Positions 10,224 through 19,627 of a DNA stretch of 64,000 nt are shown here, in pieces. This DNA comes from Candidatus Iainarchaeum sp. (lineage in GTDB: Archaea > Iainarchaeota > Iainarchaeia > Iainarchaeales > GCA-2688035): contig JAFCCO010000003.1 of the NCBI GenBank assembly GCA_017610175.1, positions 21,852 through 85,851 on the forward strand, in the 5' to 3' direction. The translations under genes and the position numbers were made by a program. Below the pieces are notes generated by a model. It was not told the DNA's origin and made no database searches. It saw nothing but the letters and a program-made list of their open reading frames with translations. How positions within the stretch are numbered: position 1 is the stretch's first letter; each line of letters begins with the position of its first letter.

Positions 10224-10693
10224 AACCTTTTCTGCAGCGAACTTGAAGGAAGCGCTTTGCTTCGCTTTATCTCCGAAAGAACAACAAGCGTTTTCAAATC
10301 AAGGATTCCATCAAGCAACCCAAGCCTGTTAATTACCTTTTCAGCATTGTCAAGGTCGTTGACCAGGATTTTTGCAAGCATATTGTATTCGCCCAAAACC
10401 TGGTGCAGTTCAACAATGTAGTCAAGTGCACAGAGCTTCTTAATCAGGTCCTTGTTCTTTGAGATTTCGGTTCTGATTTGGACAAAAATAGGGTTCTCAA
10501 AACCAAGAACCTTAAAGTTGATGTCCGCAGAGATTGCGGAAATAACGCCCTTTCTCTTAAGGCCCTCAACCCTTTTCTTTATTGCAACATCTGTAAGGTT
10601 TGTTTCCTTTGCAATACTGCTAAAGGATGCCCTGCCGTCCTCAATAAGCCTTTTAAGAATGGCCAAATCCACCTTATCCAATGAAACCTGCAT
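10220..10693 (-). CDS. Lrp/AsnC family transcriptional regulator
   Basis: LDKVDLAILKRLIEDGRASFSSIAK HTH; GEYNMLAKI RAM domain. Confidence 0.93.
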   Translation of the reverse strand: MQVSLDKVDLAILKRLIEDGRASFSSIAKETNLTDVAIKKRVEGLKRKGVISAISADINFKVLGFENPIFVQIRTEISKNKDLIKKLCALDYIVELHQVLGEYNMLAKILVNDLDNAEKVINRLGLLDGILDLKTLVVLSEIKRSKALPSSSLQKRF

Positions 10694-10812
10694 AAAAAAA
10701 CTCCCCCTCAAAACATTAAACAAATATACATTAATATTTCAAATAAAACTTTATTAAAAAGTTTGCTTTCTGAAAGAAAGGGTTAATAATTTTGCAAAAC
10801 CTAATTAATCAC

Positions 10813-12411
10813 ATGGAGGGAAGGAACGGAGGCAAACCAATAGCTTCTGCAGTTGAAAAAATCGCCAAAGAATGCGAGAATGCAGGCTGCTCAACCTGGA
10901 CAGTAACAAAGATAATCAAGGAAATCTCAAAGGAAGAAACGGGCTCTGAAGCAAAGCTTCGGAAAAATGCGCTTGTGCTCCTCTCCAAACTCGACCCGGC
11001 CGCAGCCCAAGTTTTTGCAAGCTTCCAGCGAATGCTTGTCAGGACAAGCAAGCAAACAATTGAACACTTTGATCGGGGAAACATAATTCGCTCCCTGTTA
11101 AAGGAAACAGATGTAACAAGAGGTGTTGCCGAGAAGATCGGGCACGAGGTCGAGGAAAAAATAAAGGACCTGGAAATAAGCGCAATATCAACCGCACTAA
11201 TTAGAGAAATGGTAAATGTAAAGCTGCTTGAATACGGGCACGAAAATATTAGGAACCAGTATGCAAGGGCTGGCCTTCCGGTTTACGATGTGATGAAAAA
11301 AGTGAAAAGGTTTCCCTACAGCAACAAGGAGGTCCTTGCAGACTTTAACCTGCTTAAGGCGATTCCAAAAAAATTCGGGGATATGCACCTTAACTCCAGC
11401 ATATTTATTGCAAACATTGAGGACTTCTCAACCAAGCCAATTGCATTCTGCCACCAATTCGAAGAAAAAAACAACATTGAGGAAACGATATTTTCAAACC
11501 TTAAGCGAATGAACGAATTAAGCAGGCTTGTCTCCTGGCCGGTGAATGCAAACAACGTTAACCTTGCGCTTATGCAACACGCAAGCAAGAGAAGCGTGGG
11601 AAAGACCGTAAAGCTTTTCGCAAGCGCGTTTAATGCCGTGTTCCCCCAGGCGCAAAGCATTCCACGCAACATAGGAATCAGCCTGTTTATTCCAGATGAA
11701 TTTGAGGGCGTTGACCGGGAATTACTTGCAAGCAGCGCAGGCGTTTTCATGAAAGAGTGGAAGCGTGAAAAAACCAATTCCACCCTCGTTCTTTCACTTG
11801 ACACAAAATACAAACTGAAACTGCTTAAGGAATTAAGAGGGGCAATGCTTTTGAACAACAGCGAAAACAAGCTTAACCCATTAAACGGAATTGCCTCGGA
11901 AAAAAACATCTGCTCGCTCTTTGGATTAAACCTTGCAAAATTCGCAAGCGGTGGAAAAGAAGACAAATTTTACGAACGGCTTGGGGAAAGCATAAAGGCA
12001 GTGAAAGAGCTTGCGAAAATCAAGATGGCAATACTCTCCAAAAGGGAGTATCACTCAAAAGCAGGAATCAATCCAAAGGAAATGGTTGATGTTGCCGGGC
12101 TTTACGGTTTGGCTTACGCAGCACAGGAAATTGCGGGAGAGGGAAAGGAAGCCGTTAGGTTTGCCGAACGCACCGTCGCCTCAATCTCAAAAGAACTGGG
12201 GAACGGATTCATAATAACAGAGCTGTTGAACAAGGTTGGAAGAAATCGGTTTGAAGAAAATTTAAAAGACCGCGAAAAAGGCGGGCTTTCAAAAAAATTC
12301 CGCGAAAGCGATTCGCTCAGAAAAAGAATGCAGCTTGTAATGAAAGCGGAAAATAAGAGGGAAGCAAGCGAGTTAATTGATTCAGGGTCTGAACTTATAG
12401 AGATTCACTGA
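10813..12411 (+). CDS. ATP-cone protein, degenerate anaerobic ribonucleotide reductase (NrdD) homolog
   Basis: VRTSKQTIEHFDRGNIIRSLLKET..LIREMVNVKLLEYG..YARAGLPVYDV matches the archaeal NrdD N-terminus; no C-terminal glycyl-radical motif. Confidence 0.7.
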   Translation: MEGRNGGKPIASAVEKIAKECENAGCSTWTVTKIIKEISKEETGSEAKLRKNALVLLSKLDPAAAQVFASFQRMLVRTSKQTIEHFDRGNIIRSLLKETDVTRGVAEKIGHEVEEKIKDLEISAISTALIREMVNVKLLEYGHENIRNQYARAGLPVYDVMKKVKRFPYSNKEVLADFNLLKAIPKKFGDMHLNSSIFIANIEDFSTKPIAFCHQFEEKNNIEETIFSNLKRMNELSRLVSWPVNANNVNLALMQHASKRSVGKTVKLFASAFNAVFPQAQSIPRNIGISLFIPDEFEGVDRELLASSAGVFMKEWKREKTNSTLVLSLDTKYKLKLLKELRGAMLLNNSENKLNPLNGIASEKNICSLFGLNLAKFASGGKEDKFYERLGESIKAVKELAKIKMAILSKREYHSKAGINPKEMVDVAGLYGLAYAAQEIAGEGKEAVRFAERTVASISKELGNGFIITELLNKVGRNRFEENLKDREKGGLSKKFRESDSLRKRMQLVMKAENKREASELIDSGSELIEIH

Positions 12412-13193
12412 ATTCTTTTGGATGCTTCGGAAAGGTCCTTGCTTTCAACCTGCTCTTTTCTTTTGTTGTCGCCAACAAGCTGCGGCGACTTAATCAAATC
12501 AAACTTCAGCATGAAAATATATGTTTTCATAATCTCCACAAATGGCAAAACAAATACAAGAGTCAAAAGAAGAGAAATGTATGACCCTACAAAATAAAAC
12601 CCGTCAAGCAGATGCCCGACAACTGAAACCACCGCAAGCAAAACAGAGCCCATAACCAGAATCTGAATTGTTCTCTTTGGATGCTTCACAATGAATTCTG
12701 CACTGTTCATTATTGAATGGTCCACCCCCTCTTCATCAACCACAATTGACTGCGGGGCAAACATTGTTGCAACGGAAATTACAAGCAAAGCAAGCGAAAC
12801 AGGAATTGCCCCGAAGCCAAGCCAAACCATTGCGATTACTGCCGCAAACGAAAATGTGGAAAACAAAACATAGAAAATGAAAATTTTCAAGGTAAACTTC
12901 TGAATCATCTCATGCAGGTAAAACTGAAGCTTAAGCTTGCTCAGGCTCTTTCTGACTGAGAAAATTATTACCGAAATCAGGAAAGAATAAAACACAAGAA
13001 AAACAAGCATTATGGGAGCAAGAAAAACCGCTTCAGAAACCGCATTTGCATTGTAATCAACAAGCATTGTCCCGGTGCTTGCAAAAACGTTCTCAAAGAA
13101 TGAAAAAGCGGGCACAAAAACAAGCAAAAGGGCAAAAGCCAGTGCGGCCTTGATATTGCGGCTGTAGTGCTCAAACACCTTGTTTAAAATCAT
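12405..13193 (-). CDS. Multi-pass membrane protein of unknown function
   Basis: Six hydrophobic segments; fills the space between neighbours. Confidence 0.7.
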   Translation of the reverse strand: MILNKVFEHYSRNIKAALAFALLLVFVPAFSFFENVFASTGTMLVDYNANAVSEAVFLAPIMLVFLVFYSFLISVIIFSVRKSLSKLKLQFYLHEMIQKFTLKIFIFYVLFSTFSFAAVIAMVWLGFGAIPVSLALLVISVATMFAPQSIVVDEEGVDHSIMNSAEFIVKHPKRTIQILVMGSVLLAVVSVVGHLLDGFYFVGSYISLLLTLVFVLPFVEIMKTYIFMLKFDLIKSPQLVGDNKRKEQVESKDLSEASKRIQ

Positions 13194-13238
13194 CCAATCC
13201 CCAAAACTATATTGTTAGGATTGTTCTTAAAAACCATT

Positions 13239-14495
13239 CTAAAGTACGGTACCCGTTGAATATGTGGCAAATGCCCTGTCTATTTTTACCACTGCAAATT
13301 CCCCAAGAAGATTCTGTTCAACCACAACCGCCTTGTAGCCACCGGTTCTTCCCACAAAGTTCCCCTTTGAACCCTGCTCTGAAACAAATATTTCCTGCTC
13401 TGTCCCGACAAAAAGCATGTGCCTTGCAAGTGAAGCTTTGCCCTGCAAATCCAGAAGAACACGGCTCCGCTTATTCATTACGCCCCCATGTATCTGATCT
13501 TTCATAAAAAAAGCCGCAGTATTGGGGCGCGCTCCAAACTTTGAGACATTAATCACATCGGGCTGGATTTCCCTGACAAAATCAAGAGTTTCCCCAAAAT
13601 CCTCTTCGCTTTCACCCGGAAACCCAACAATTATATCTGTCGCGATTGAAGCCTTTGGAATGTCAGCCCTAATTTTCCTGCAAAGGGCCAGCGCTGTTTT
13701 TGCCGAGTACTGCCGGTTCATTGCATTAAGCACACGGTTGGAGCCGCTTTGGATGGGAATGTGAAAAAACTTGTACAGCCTGGGGTCATCAAACAATGCA
13801 ATGTACTCGCCGTAAAATTTCTCAAGGTGATTGGGATTCATCATTCCGACACGCAGCCTGAATTTTTTGTTTGTTAAAGCCAGAAGCTTTTGGATGAGTT
13901 CAGGAAGGGAAGTTTCAATATCAAAACCGTAACAGCCAGAGTCCTGCGCAGTAATCCAAATTTCTTTCCCCTGCGAAACGGCTTCAAGAAACTTTGCCTC
14001 AATTAGTTCAGGTGAATGGCTTTTTAGTTCGCCCCTTGCATTCTTAACCGCGCAATAAGCGCATTTCCCCAAACAACCCTCTGCAATTGGGATTATTGAA
14101 ATGAATTCGCTGAAAGAAACCTCTTTGACCGCAAGCACACTGTCGGGGGAATCCATGCCAAGCGCAGAGGCAAGCTCGTCCAAAGAGGGACCGACAAGGA
14201 TTGCGTTTTTGGAAACATCTTTCAAAGCGTCTGCGTTTACTTTGGGCAGGCAACCGCACACAACAAGCGTTGATTTTAATTCTTTTGACACGGCAGTAAG
14301 TTCCTTCAGGCGGCGAACCATCTTGTGCTCGGTCTTGGTTTTTACCGCGCAAGAGTTCATCAAAATCAATGATGCTTTCTCAGGGCTTTCAACCCTCGAA
14401 TAGCCCCTGGATTTTAGCAGGCCTGCAATTGCCCCCCCTCCAGCCTGATTCAGGCTGCAGCCATAGCTCTCCAGATAAAAAGTTTTGTTCTGCAT
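13239..14495 (-). CDS. tRNA methylthiotransferase (MiaB/e-MtaB family radical SAM)
   Basis: YGCSLN, NSCAVK and GCLP UPF0004 domain; CLGKCAYC; HIPIQSGS; TDIIVGFPGE; C-terminal TRAM domain. Confidence 0.93.
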   Translation of the reverse strand: MQNKTFYLESYGCSLNQAGGGAIAGLLKSRGYSRVESPEKASLILMNSCAVKTKTEHKMVRRLKELTAVSKELKSTLVVCGCLPKVNADALKDVSKNAILVGPSLDELASALGMDSPDSVLAVKEVSFSEFISIIPIAEGCLGKCAYCAVKNARGELKSHSPELIEAKFLEAVSQGKEIWITAQDSGCYGFDIETSLPELIQKLLALTNKKFRLRVGMMNPNHLEKFYGEYIALFDDPRLYKFFHIPIQSGSNRVLNAMNRQYSAKTALALCRKIRADIPKASIATDIIVGFPGESEEDFGETLDFVREIQPDVINVSKFGARPNTAAFFMKDQIHGGVMNKRSRVLLDLQGKASLARHMLFVGTEQEIFVSEQGSKGNFVGRTGGYKAVVVEQNLLGEFAVVKIDRAFATYSTGTVL

Positions 14496-14522
14496 AAAAA
14501 AGAACCTGGCCCGCAAGGTTTC

Positions 14523-15050
14523 TTATAGCTTTATTTTTTCAAGCGCAACCCTTGAAACCCATCCAAGAAGCCCTGAAAGAACAAACAAGTAGAATGCACT
14601 TGTTCTCCAGCGCATGAAGAAAAGCCTTGTGGCCTCATCCAAGGTCATTACGCGCCCCGCAAGCTGCGCATAATTTCCAATATACCAGAAGATGGCAATG
14701 TAAAACGCAGCCATGGATAACGCCAAGAAAAGAACAGGAAGTAAAACTGAAAACCCCGGTTTCTTCTCAAAGTAATCGTTTATCCAGTCAATTAGGAAAA
14801 ACATTAAGAAAAATCCAACAACAGGCAAAAGGAAGTACATCGGGCTTGTGAATTCGGGAACCGGAAGGAAAATGTTTGCAAAGGGAATTTCATTCACCAT
14901 CTCCCCGATTGCCTTGTTTGCCATACCCAGCGAGAACAAAAGACCGTAGCCCAAAACGAAAAGGAATGCCGCAATCACATTCCTGTTTGCGCCTGAAACC
15001 ACTGAATCGCCTGAGTGATTTTCTCCCGCTTGCTCTTTTTCATTTGCCAC
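14523..15050 (-). CDS. Membrane protein of unknown function
   Basis: Four TM segments; GTG start at 15050 avoids overlap with the RFC gene. Confidence 0.65.
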   Translation of the reverse strand: MANEKEQAGENHSGDSVVSGANRNVIAAFLFVLGYGLLFSLGMANKAIGEMVNEIPFANIFLPVPEFTSPMYFLLPVVGFFLMFFLIDWINDYFEKKPGFSVLLPVLFLALSMAAFYIAIFWYIGNYAQLAGRVMTLDEATRLFFMRWRTSAFYLFVLSGLLGWVSRVALEKIKL

Positions 15051-15147
15051 AAAAACAGCCCCTTTCCAATCAGTAAGAGATAGTGCACTATTATGTTTAT
15101 AACGGTTTTCTTGCCCTAAATAATTTAAATCTGTTTTGGTGAGAAAA

Positions 15148-16110
15148 ATGGCGATAGAGCTTCCGTGGATTGAAAAATACAGGCCAAAATACCTAAAAGA
15201 GGTAATTGGGCAAAAAGACACCATGGCCAGGCTAAAGAGTTATGTGAAAAGCAGAAACTGCCCGCACATGATGTTTTCAGGCCCTGCAGGGGTTGGAAAG
15301 ACCTCTGCCGCCGTTGCACTTGCCCGCGAATTTTTTGGGGATGACTACGAGCGCAATTTTCTTGAACTAAACGCAAGTGACGAGCGTGGAATAGATGTTG
15401 TAAGAAACACAATCAAGGACTTTGCAAGAACACTTGCATTCAATGCCGAATTCAAAATAATTTTTCTTGACGAGAGTGACGCGCTTACAAGCGACGCACA
15501 GCAGGCGCTGAGAAGGACAATGGAAAAGTACACAAAGACCTGCCGCTTTGTCCTAAGCTGCAATTACAGCTCCAGAATTATTGAACCCATTCAAAGCAGG
15601 TGCGTTGTGTTCAGGTACAAGCCGCTTTCAAGCAAGGAAATAGAGGCAAGGCTTGATGAAATAGCAAAGCTTGAAAATGTGACATTCGATAAGAAGGCAC
15701 TTGAAGCAATAATTTACGTAAGCTCAGGGGACATGCGAAAAGCGGTTAACGTACTGCAGGCAACATCCTCTTTGGAAAAGAACGTTACAGAAGAAAACGT
15801 TTTCAACGTAAGCAGCAGGGCAAGGCCTGCCGAAATAAAAGAAATGATTTCATTTGCATTCAAAGGGGATTTTTTGGAAGCAAGAAAAAGGCTTGACTCA
15901 CTGATGTACGAGTACGGAATGTCGGGCGAAGATGTTATTATGCAGATGTTTCGCGAACTCATGGCAATGCCGGAGGAAGAAATTGACTCCAAGGCAAAAA
16001 TCGGGTTGGTTGATGTGATTGGAGAATACAATTTCAGGCTGGTGGAAGGGGCAAACGAAAGAATTCAGCTTGAAGCCCTGCTTGCACAGTTCATGAAATT
16101 CAAGAAATAA
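15148..16110 (+). CDS. rfcS: Replication factor C small subunit
   Basis: PWIEKYRP, GPAGVGKT, LELNASDERG, SRC motif; GGTGA ribosome-binding site upstream. Confidence 0.97.
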   Translation: MAIELPWIEKYRPKYLKEVIGQKDTMARLKSYVKSRNCPHMMFSGPAGVGKTSAAVALAREFFGDDYERNFLELNASDERGIDVVRNTIKDFARTLAFNAEFKIIFLDESDALTSDAQQALRRTMEKYTKTCRFVLSCNYSSRIIEPIQSRCVVFRYKPLSSKEIEARLDEIAKLENVTFDKKALEAIIYVSSGDMRKAVNVLQATSSLEKNVTEENVFNVSSRARPAEIKEMISFAFKGDFLEARKRLDSLMYEYGMSGEDVIMQMFRELMAMPEEEIDSKAKIGLVDVIGEYNFRLVEGANERIQLEALLAQFMKFKK

Positions 16111-16111
16111 A

Positions 16112-16417
16112 TCAATCTAATTTTGACAGCTTGCCCGGACGCCTTGCGCCCTTGCTTTTTCCAAGGAAAAAATAAAAGAATGCAAAAATTGAGTGCTCAA
16201 CAAGGTAAAGCACAACCATCCCTGAAATGAAATAAAATTTGCTTTCCTCCGTAAGGAAATCAAACGTAGGATTTGAAGCCTCAACAGACTCCCCTAAAAT
16301 GGATGTGCGAATCTGGCCCGCAAAATTGAACAGGAAAAATATGACCACAACAGTTACTGCAAAAGCAAGAACTATTGAGAGAAGATACTCAAACTGCACC
16401 TGAGCACGCGAATCCAT
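16112..16417 (-). CDS. Class III signal peptide protein with a second, C-terminal TM helix
   Basis: MDSRA/QVQFEYLL plus hydrophobic helix; second hydrophobic segment followed by a basic tail. Confidence 0.7.
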   Translation of the reverse strand: MDSRAQVQFEYLLSIVLAFAVTVVVIFFLFNFAGQIRTSILGESVEASNPTFDFLTEESKFYFISGMVVLYLVEHSIFAFFYFFLGKSKGARRPGKLSKLD

Positions 16418-16442
16418 GGCAAAAAATAGGGATTCCGACTAT

Positions 16443-17675
16443 TTAAAACCATTGGCTTAAGGTTCTTTGGTGCTTCAAGTGGTCCAAAAGCCTGCTTGTT
16501 TTGTTGTAGTCGCGCATTGGAATTTTTAATTTGCGTGAAAGAAACGAAAGGGAAAGGGAAAGGGAAGAAAACGAAAGCGGTTTGCCCTGAAGTGCGTGCC
16601 TGACATTTTCCCTAATCTGCCACACCCCAAGCGGAACCTTGTAGTCCTTTCCAATCTCCCTGAAAACAATTACCGCCGCCTGGCGCTTCTTTAAAGCAAG
16701 GTATTCTGCAACCGCAAGCCTTGCGGCATAATATGCCCCCTCAGTATTGCTTGCATAGGTTTTGCGCCCGCCGTAAAACTCGTGGTCCTGAATTATTGTA
16801 AAAGATTTTGCATTCACTGCCCAGCTTCCCCCTGGAAGCCAGCACTCAAGCTGCTCAAACGCCCACGAGCCCGGGACAAGCAAAACCCAAAAGTCGTTGT
16901 CAAGATAATTGCTGTGGAAAAGCATGAACTCGGAAATTTGCTGAAAACCCTTTACCTTTTCATCAATTATTTCCCCGCTAATGTTGCTGTCAACCGCAGT
17001 AATTGCCCACCTTGTCGGGACAAGCTTTCTCTTCTTCTTAACGCCAAGCGTTCCCGCCGAGAGGAGCTTGTGCAGTGAGTTTACGGGGATTCCTGAGGAA
17101 TAAAGTTCAAGCATTGCGGTCTTGCTCTTTGCATTCGTATCCGAAACAAGATAATCAACCTTTTTTGGAATCTTTGGATTGCCCTCAAGCGAGAACTTTT
17201 TCAAAAATCCAACAGGCCCCATAGGGGCAACCCCCTCATCAAACAAAAGATTCGGGGAAAGCTTCTTGCTCAAGTCTATGTTTACTGTGACCGGCTCGGA
17301 GGACATGGCAAGCTCCTGAATCTCAACCAAGCCATAGGATGGATTGCTTGCCTCGGTTGCATCAATCATCTTGTTTGGGCGGATAAGCTGCTGCCTCATT
17401 GAAATTATTCTCTCCTGCGGCAGGCCAAACCAGCGCTCAGGGGAATCAAGCAACGAAGTGTCATTGAGAATTGGGGGGCTTAAGGGCGCAATTGAAACCT
17501 TGGGATATGATTTCCAGCCAACAAAAACGGACGGAGGGGAATTTCCCGAAAAATTTGTTCCCTTAATTGTGTTCGCGGAGCTCTTGAAAAAATTCTGCTT
17601 TTCCAGAATGGGACAGCTTTTCAGGCCGCATAACAGCTTTCCCTTGCATTTAATGCACAGCTTGGGGGAAATCAT
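16443..17675 (-). CDS. nreA: Nre family DNA repair protein
   Basis: CIKCKG..CG..CP N-terminus, SPPSVFVG, LVPTRWAITAVD, GVWQIRE and C-terminal PIP box QRTLSQWF. Confidence 0.93.
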   Translation of the reverse strand: MISPKLCIKCKGKLLCGLKSCPILEKQNFFKSSANTIKGTNFSGNSPPSVFVGWKSYPKVSIAPLSPPILNDTSLLDSPERWFGLPQERIISMRQQLIRPNKMIDATEASNPSYGLVEIQELAMSSEPVTVNIDLSKKLSPNLLFDEGVAPMGPVGFLKKFSLEGNPKIPKKVDYLVSDTNAKSKTAMLELYSSGIPVNSLHKLLSAGTLGVKKKRKLVPTRWAITAVDSNISGEIIDEKVKGFQQISEFMLFHSNYLDNDFWVLLVPGSWAFEQLECWLPGGSWAVNAKSFTIIQDHEFYGGRKTYASNTEGAYYAARLAVAEYLALKKRQAAVIVFREIGKDYKVPLGVWQIRENVRHALQGKPLSFSSLSLSLSFLSRKLKIPMRDYNKTSRLLDHLKHQRTLSQWF

Positions 17676-17828
17676 AAAATAGTATTTGGCAAGGAAACGA
17701 GTTAAAGCTTTGCAGGGCAATTTTCCACTATTATTGATTCATTTATATAAGGAACGGCAATTGCGGAACACAGAAAAGGGTTTTATTCTTTATTCTGCCT
17801 GAATTAATGCATAGGGGGAGTAAAAACT

Positions 17829-19568
17829 ATGAAAAAAATTGACTGGAGCAATGAAGAGGAAAGACACAGGTTCTGGCACAGCAGCAGCCACGTGCTTGCG
17901 GCAGCGGTGAAAAAACTTTATCCCGGCGTTAAGTTTGCAATCGGCCCCCCGATTGAAAACGGATTCTACTACGACTTTGATGTTGAAAAGCCATTCACTC
18001 CGCAAGACCTTAAGAAAATCCAGAAACAGGCAAAGAAGTTTGCAGGCGGAAGCCACAAATTCGAGCACAAGGAAATTGGATTTGCAGAAGCCGAAAAAAT
18101 GTTTAAAGACCAGCCATACAAGCTTGAGTTGATTAATGATTTGAAAAATGCAGGCGAGAAAAAATTAAGCATTTATACAAGCGGCGATTTTGTTGACTTA
18201 TGCAAGGGACCGCACCTTAAAGGAACCGAAGAAATTAAGGCAATAAAATTGCTGAAGGTTGCAGGCGCATACTGGAAAGGCAGCGAGAAAAACAAGATGC
18301 TGCAGAGAATTTATGGAATTGCATTCCCTGAAAAAGAAATGCTTGAGGTTTGGGTGAAGCAAAGGGAAGAAGCGGCAAAAAGAAACCACCTCAAAATAGG
18401 AAAAGAACTTGACCTGTTCAGCATGCATGAGGAAAGCCCGGGAATTCCTTTCTTCCACGGCAAAGGAATGGTTGTGTGGAACGAACTTGCAAAGCTGTGG
18501 AGAGAAGAGCACGCAAAGCGCGGTTATGAGGAATTGAACACCCCAATAATTCTGAAAAAAATCCTGTGGGAACAAAGCGGACACTGGGACCACTACAAGG
18601 AAAACATGTATTTTACAAAAGTAGATGACGAGGATTACGCAATAAAGCCAATGAACTGCCCGGGTGGAATACTGATATTCAAAACAGCCAGGCACAGCTA
18701 CAAGGACTTGCCGATTAGGGCAGGGGAAATGGGAGTGGTTCACAGGCATGAGCTCAGCGGAGTGCTGAACGGGCTGTTTAGGGTTAGAAAATTCACGCAG
18801 GACGACGCACACATATTCTGCACAGAGGAGCAGATTGCACAAGAAATTGTGGGTGTAATAGACCTTGTTGATTTCTTCTACACAAAAATATTTGGATTCG
18901 AATACCACGTTGAACTAAGCACCATGCCTGAAAATGCACTTGGAAGCAAGGAAACATGGGACACTGCAGAGAACGCATTAAAGAAAGCCATGACCTCGAA
19001 GAAAATGAATTTTAAAGTGAACGAGGGAGATGGAGCATTCTACGGGCCAAAAATTGACTTCCACATAAAGGATTCGATGGGAAGGACCTGGCAGTGCGCA
19101 ACAATCCAGCTGGACTTTGCAATGCCTGAAAAGTTCTCGCTTGAATACATTGGGAAGGATGACAAGCCGCACAGGCCAGTAATGATTCACAGAGTAGTAT
19201 ATGGAAGCATGGAACGCTTTATGGGAATCCTAATAGAGCACTATGCGGGCGCGTTCCCGCTCTGGCTAAACCCTGTTCAGGTTGCGATTGTTCCAATTGC
19301 CGACAGGCACGCGGATTACGCGGAAAAAGTTGGGGCAGAAATGCTGGACAAGGGAATAAGGGTTGAAGTCGATTCAAGAGGGGAAAGTGTCGCATACAAA
19401 ATAAGGCACTGGCAGAAGCTTAAAGCCAACTACATCTTAGTCATTGGAGACAACGAAAAGAAGAACAAGACGGTGAATGTAAGGACACGCGATGGAAAAG
19501 TCCTTGGCGAAAAGAATGTAAAGGAATTTATTGAAGAAACCATGGAAAAAACCTGCAAAAGGGAATAA
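17829..19568 (+). CDS. thrS: Threonine--tRNA ligase (bacterial type, no TGS domain)
   Basis: HSSSH and DLCKGPH editing domain, KPMNCP, FTQDDAH, GAFYGPKID, anticodon-binding domain. Confidence 0.97.
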   Translation: MKKIDWSNEEERHRFWHSSSHVLAAAVKKLYPGVKFAIGPPIENGFYYDFDVEKPFTPQDLKKIQKQAKKFAGGSHKFEHKEIGFAEAEKMFKDQPYKLELINDLKNAGEKKLSIYTSGDFVDLCKGPHLKGTEEIKAIKLLKVAGAYWKGSEKNKMLQRIYGIAFPEKEMLEVWVKQREEAAKRNHLKIGKELDLFSMHEESPGIPFFHGKGMVVWNELAKLWREEHAKRGYEELNTPIILKKILWEQSGHWDHYKENMYFTKVDDEDYAIKPMNCPGGILIFKTARHSYKDLPIRAGEMGVVHRHELSGVLNGLFRVRKFTQDDAHIFCTEEQIAQEIVGVIDLVDFFYTKIFGFEYHVELSTMPENALGSKETWDTAENALKKAMTSKKMNFKVNEGDGAFYGPKIDFHIKDSMGRTWQCATIQLDFAMPEKFSLEYIGKDDKPHRPVMIHRVVYGSMERFMGILIEHYAGAFPLWLNPVQVAIVPIADRHADYAEKVGAEMLDKGIRVEVDSRGESVAYKIRHWQKLKANYILVIGDNEKKNKTVNVRTRDGKVLGEKNVKEFIEETMEKTCKRE

Positions 19569-19627
19569 GGCAAAACCCCCTCGGAAAGGTTTAAATAAAA
19601 CAATTGCCTTCTTTATCTGATTTTTCT

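Noticed and set aside
10746-10764. AAACTTT-N5-AAAGTTT palindrome between lrp and the NrdD-like gene
   Set aside because: It is short and almost all A/T in an AT-rich promoter region, so it could easily arise by chance.
15148-16110. Inteins in RFC, TopA, Cdc48 or the pilus ATPases, and introns in the tRNAs
   Set aside because: Protein lengths and motif spacing are normal, and both tRNAs fold without insertions.
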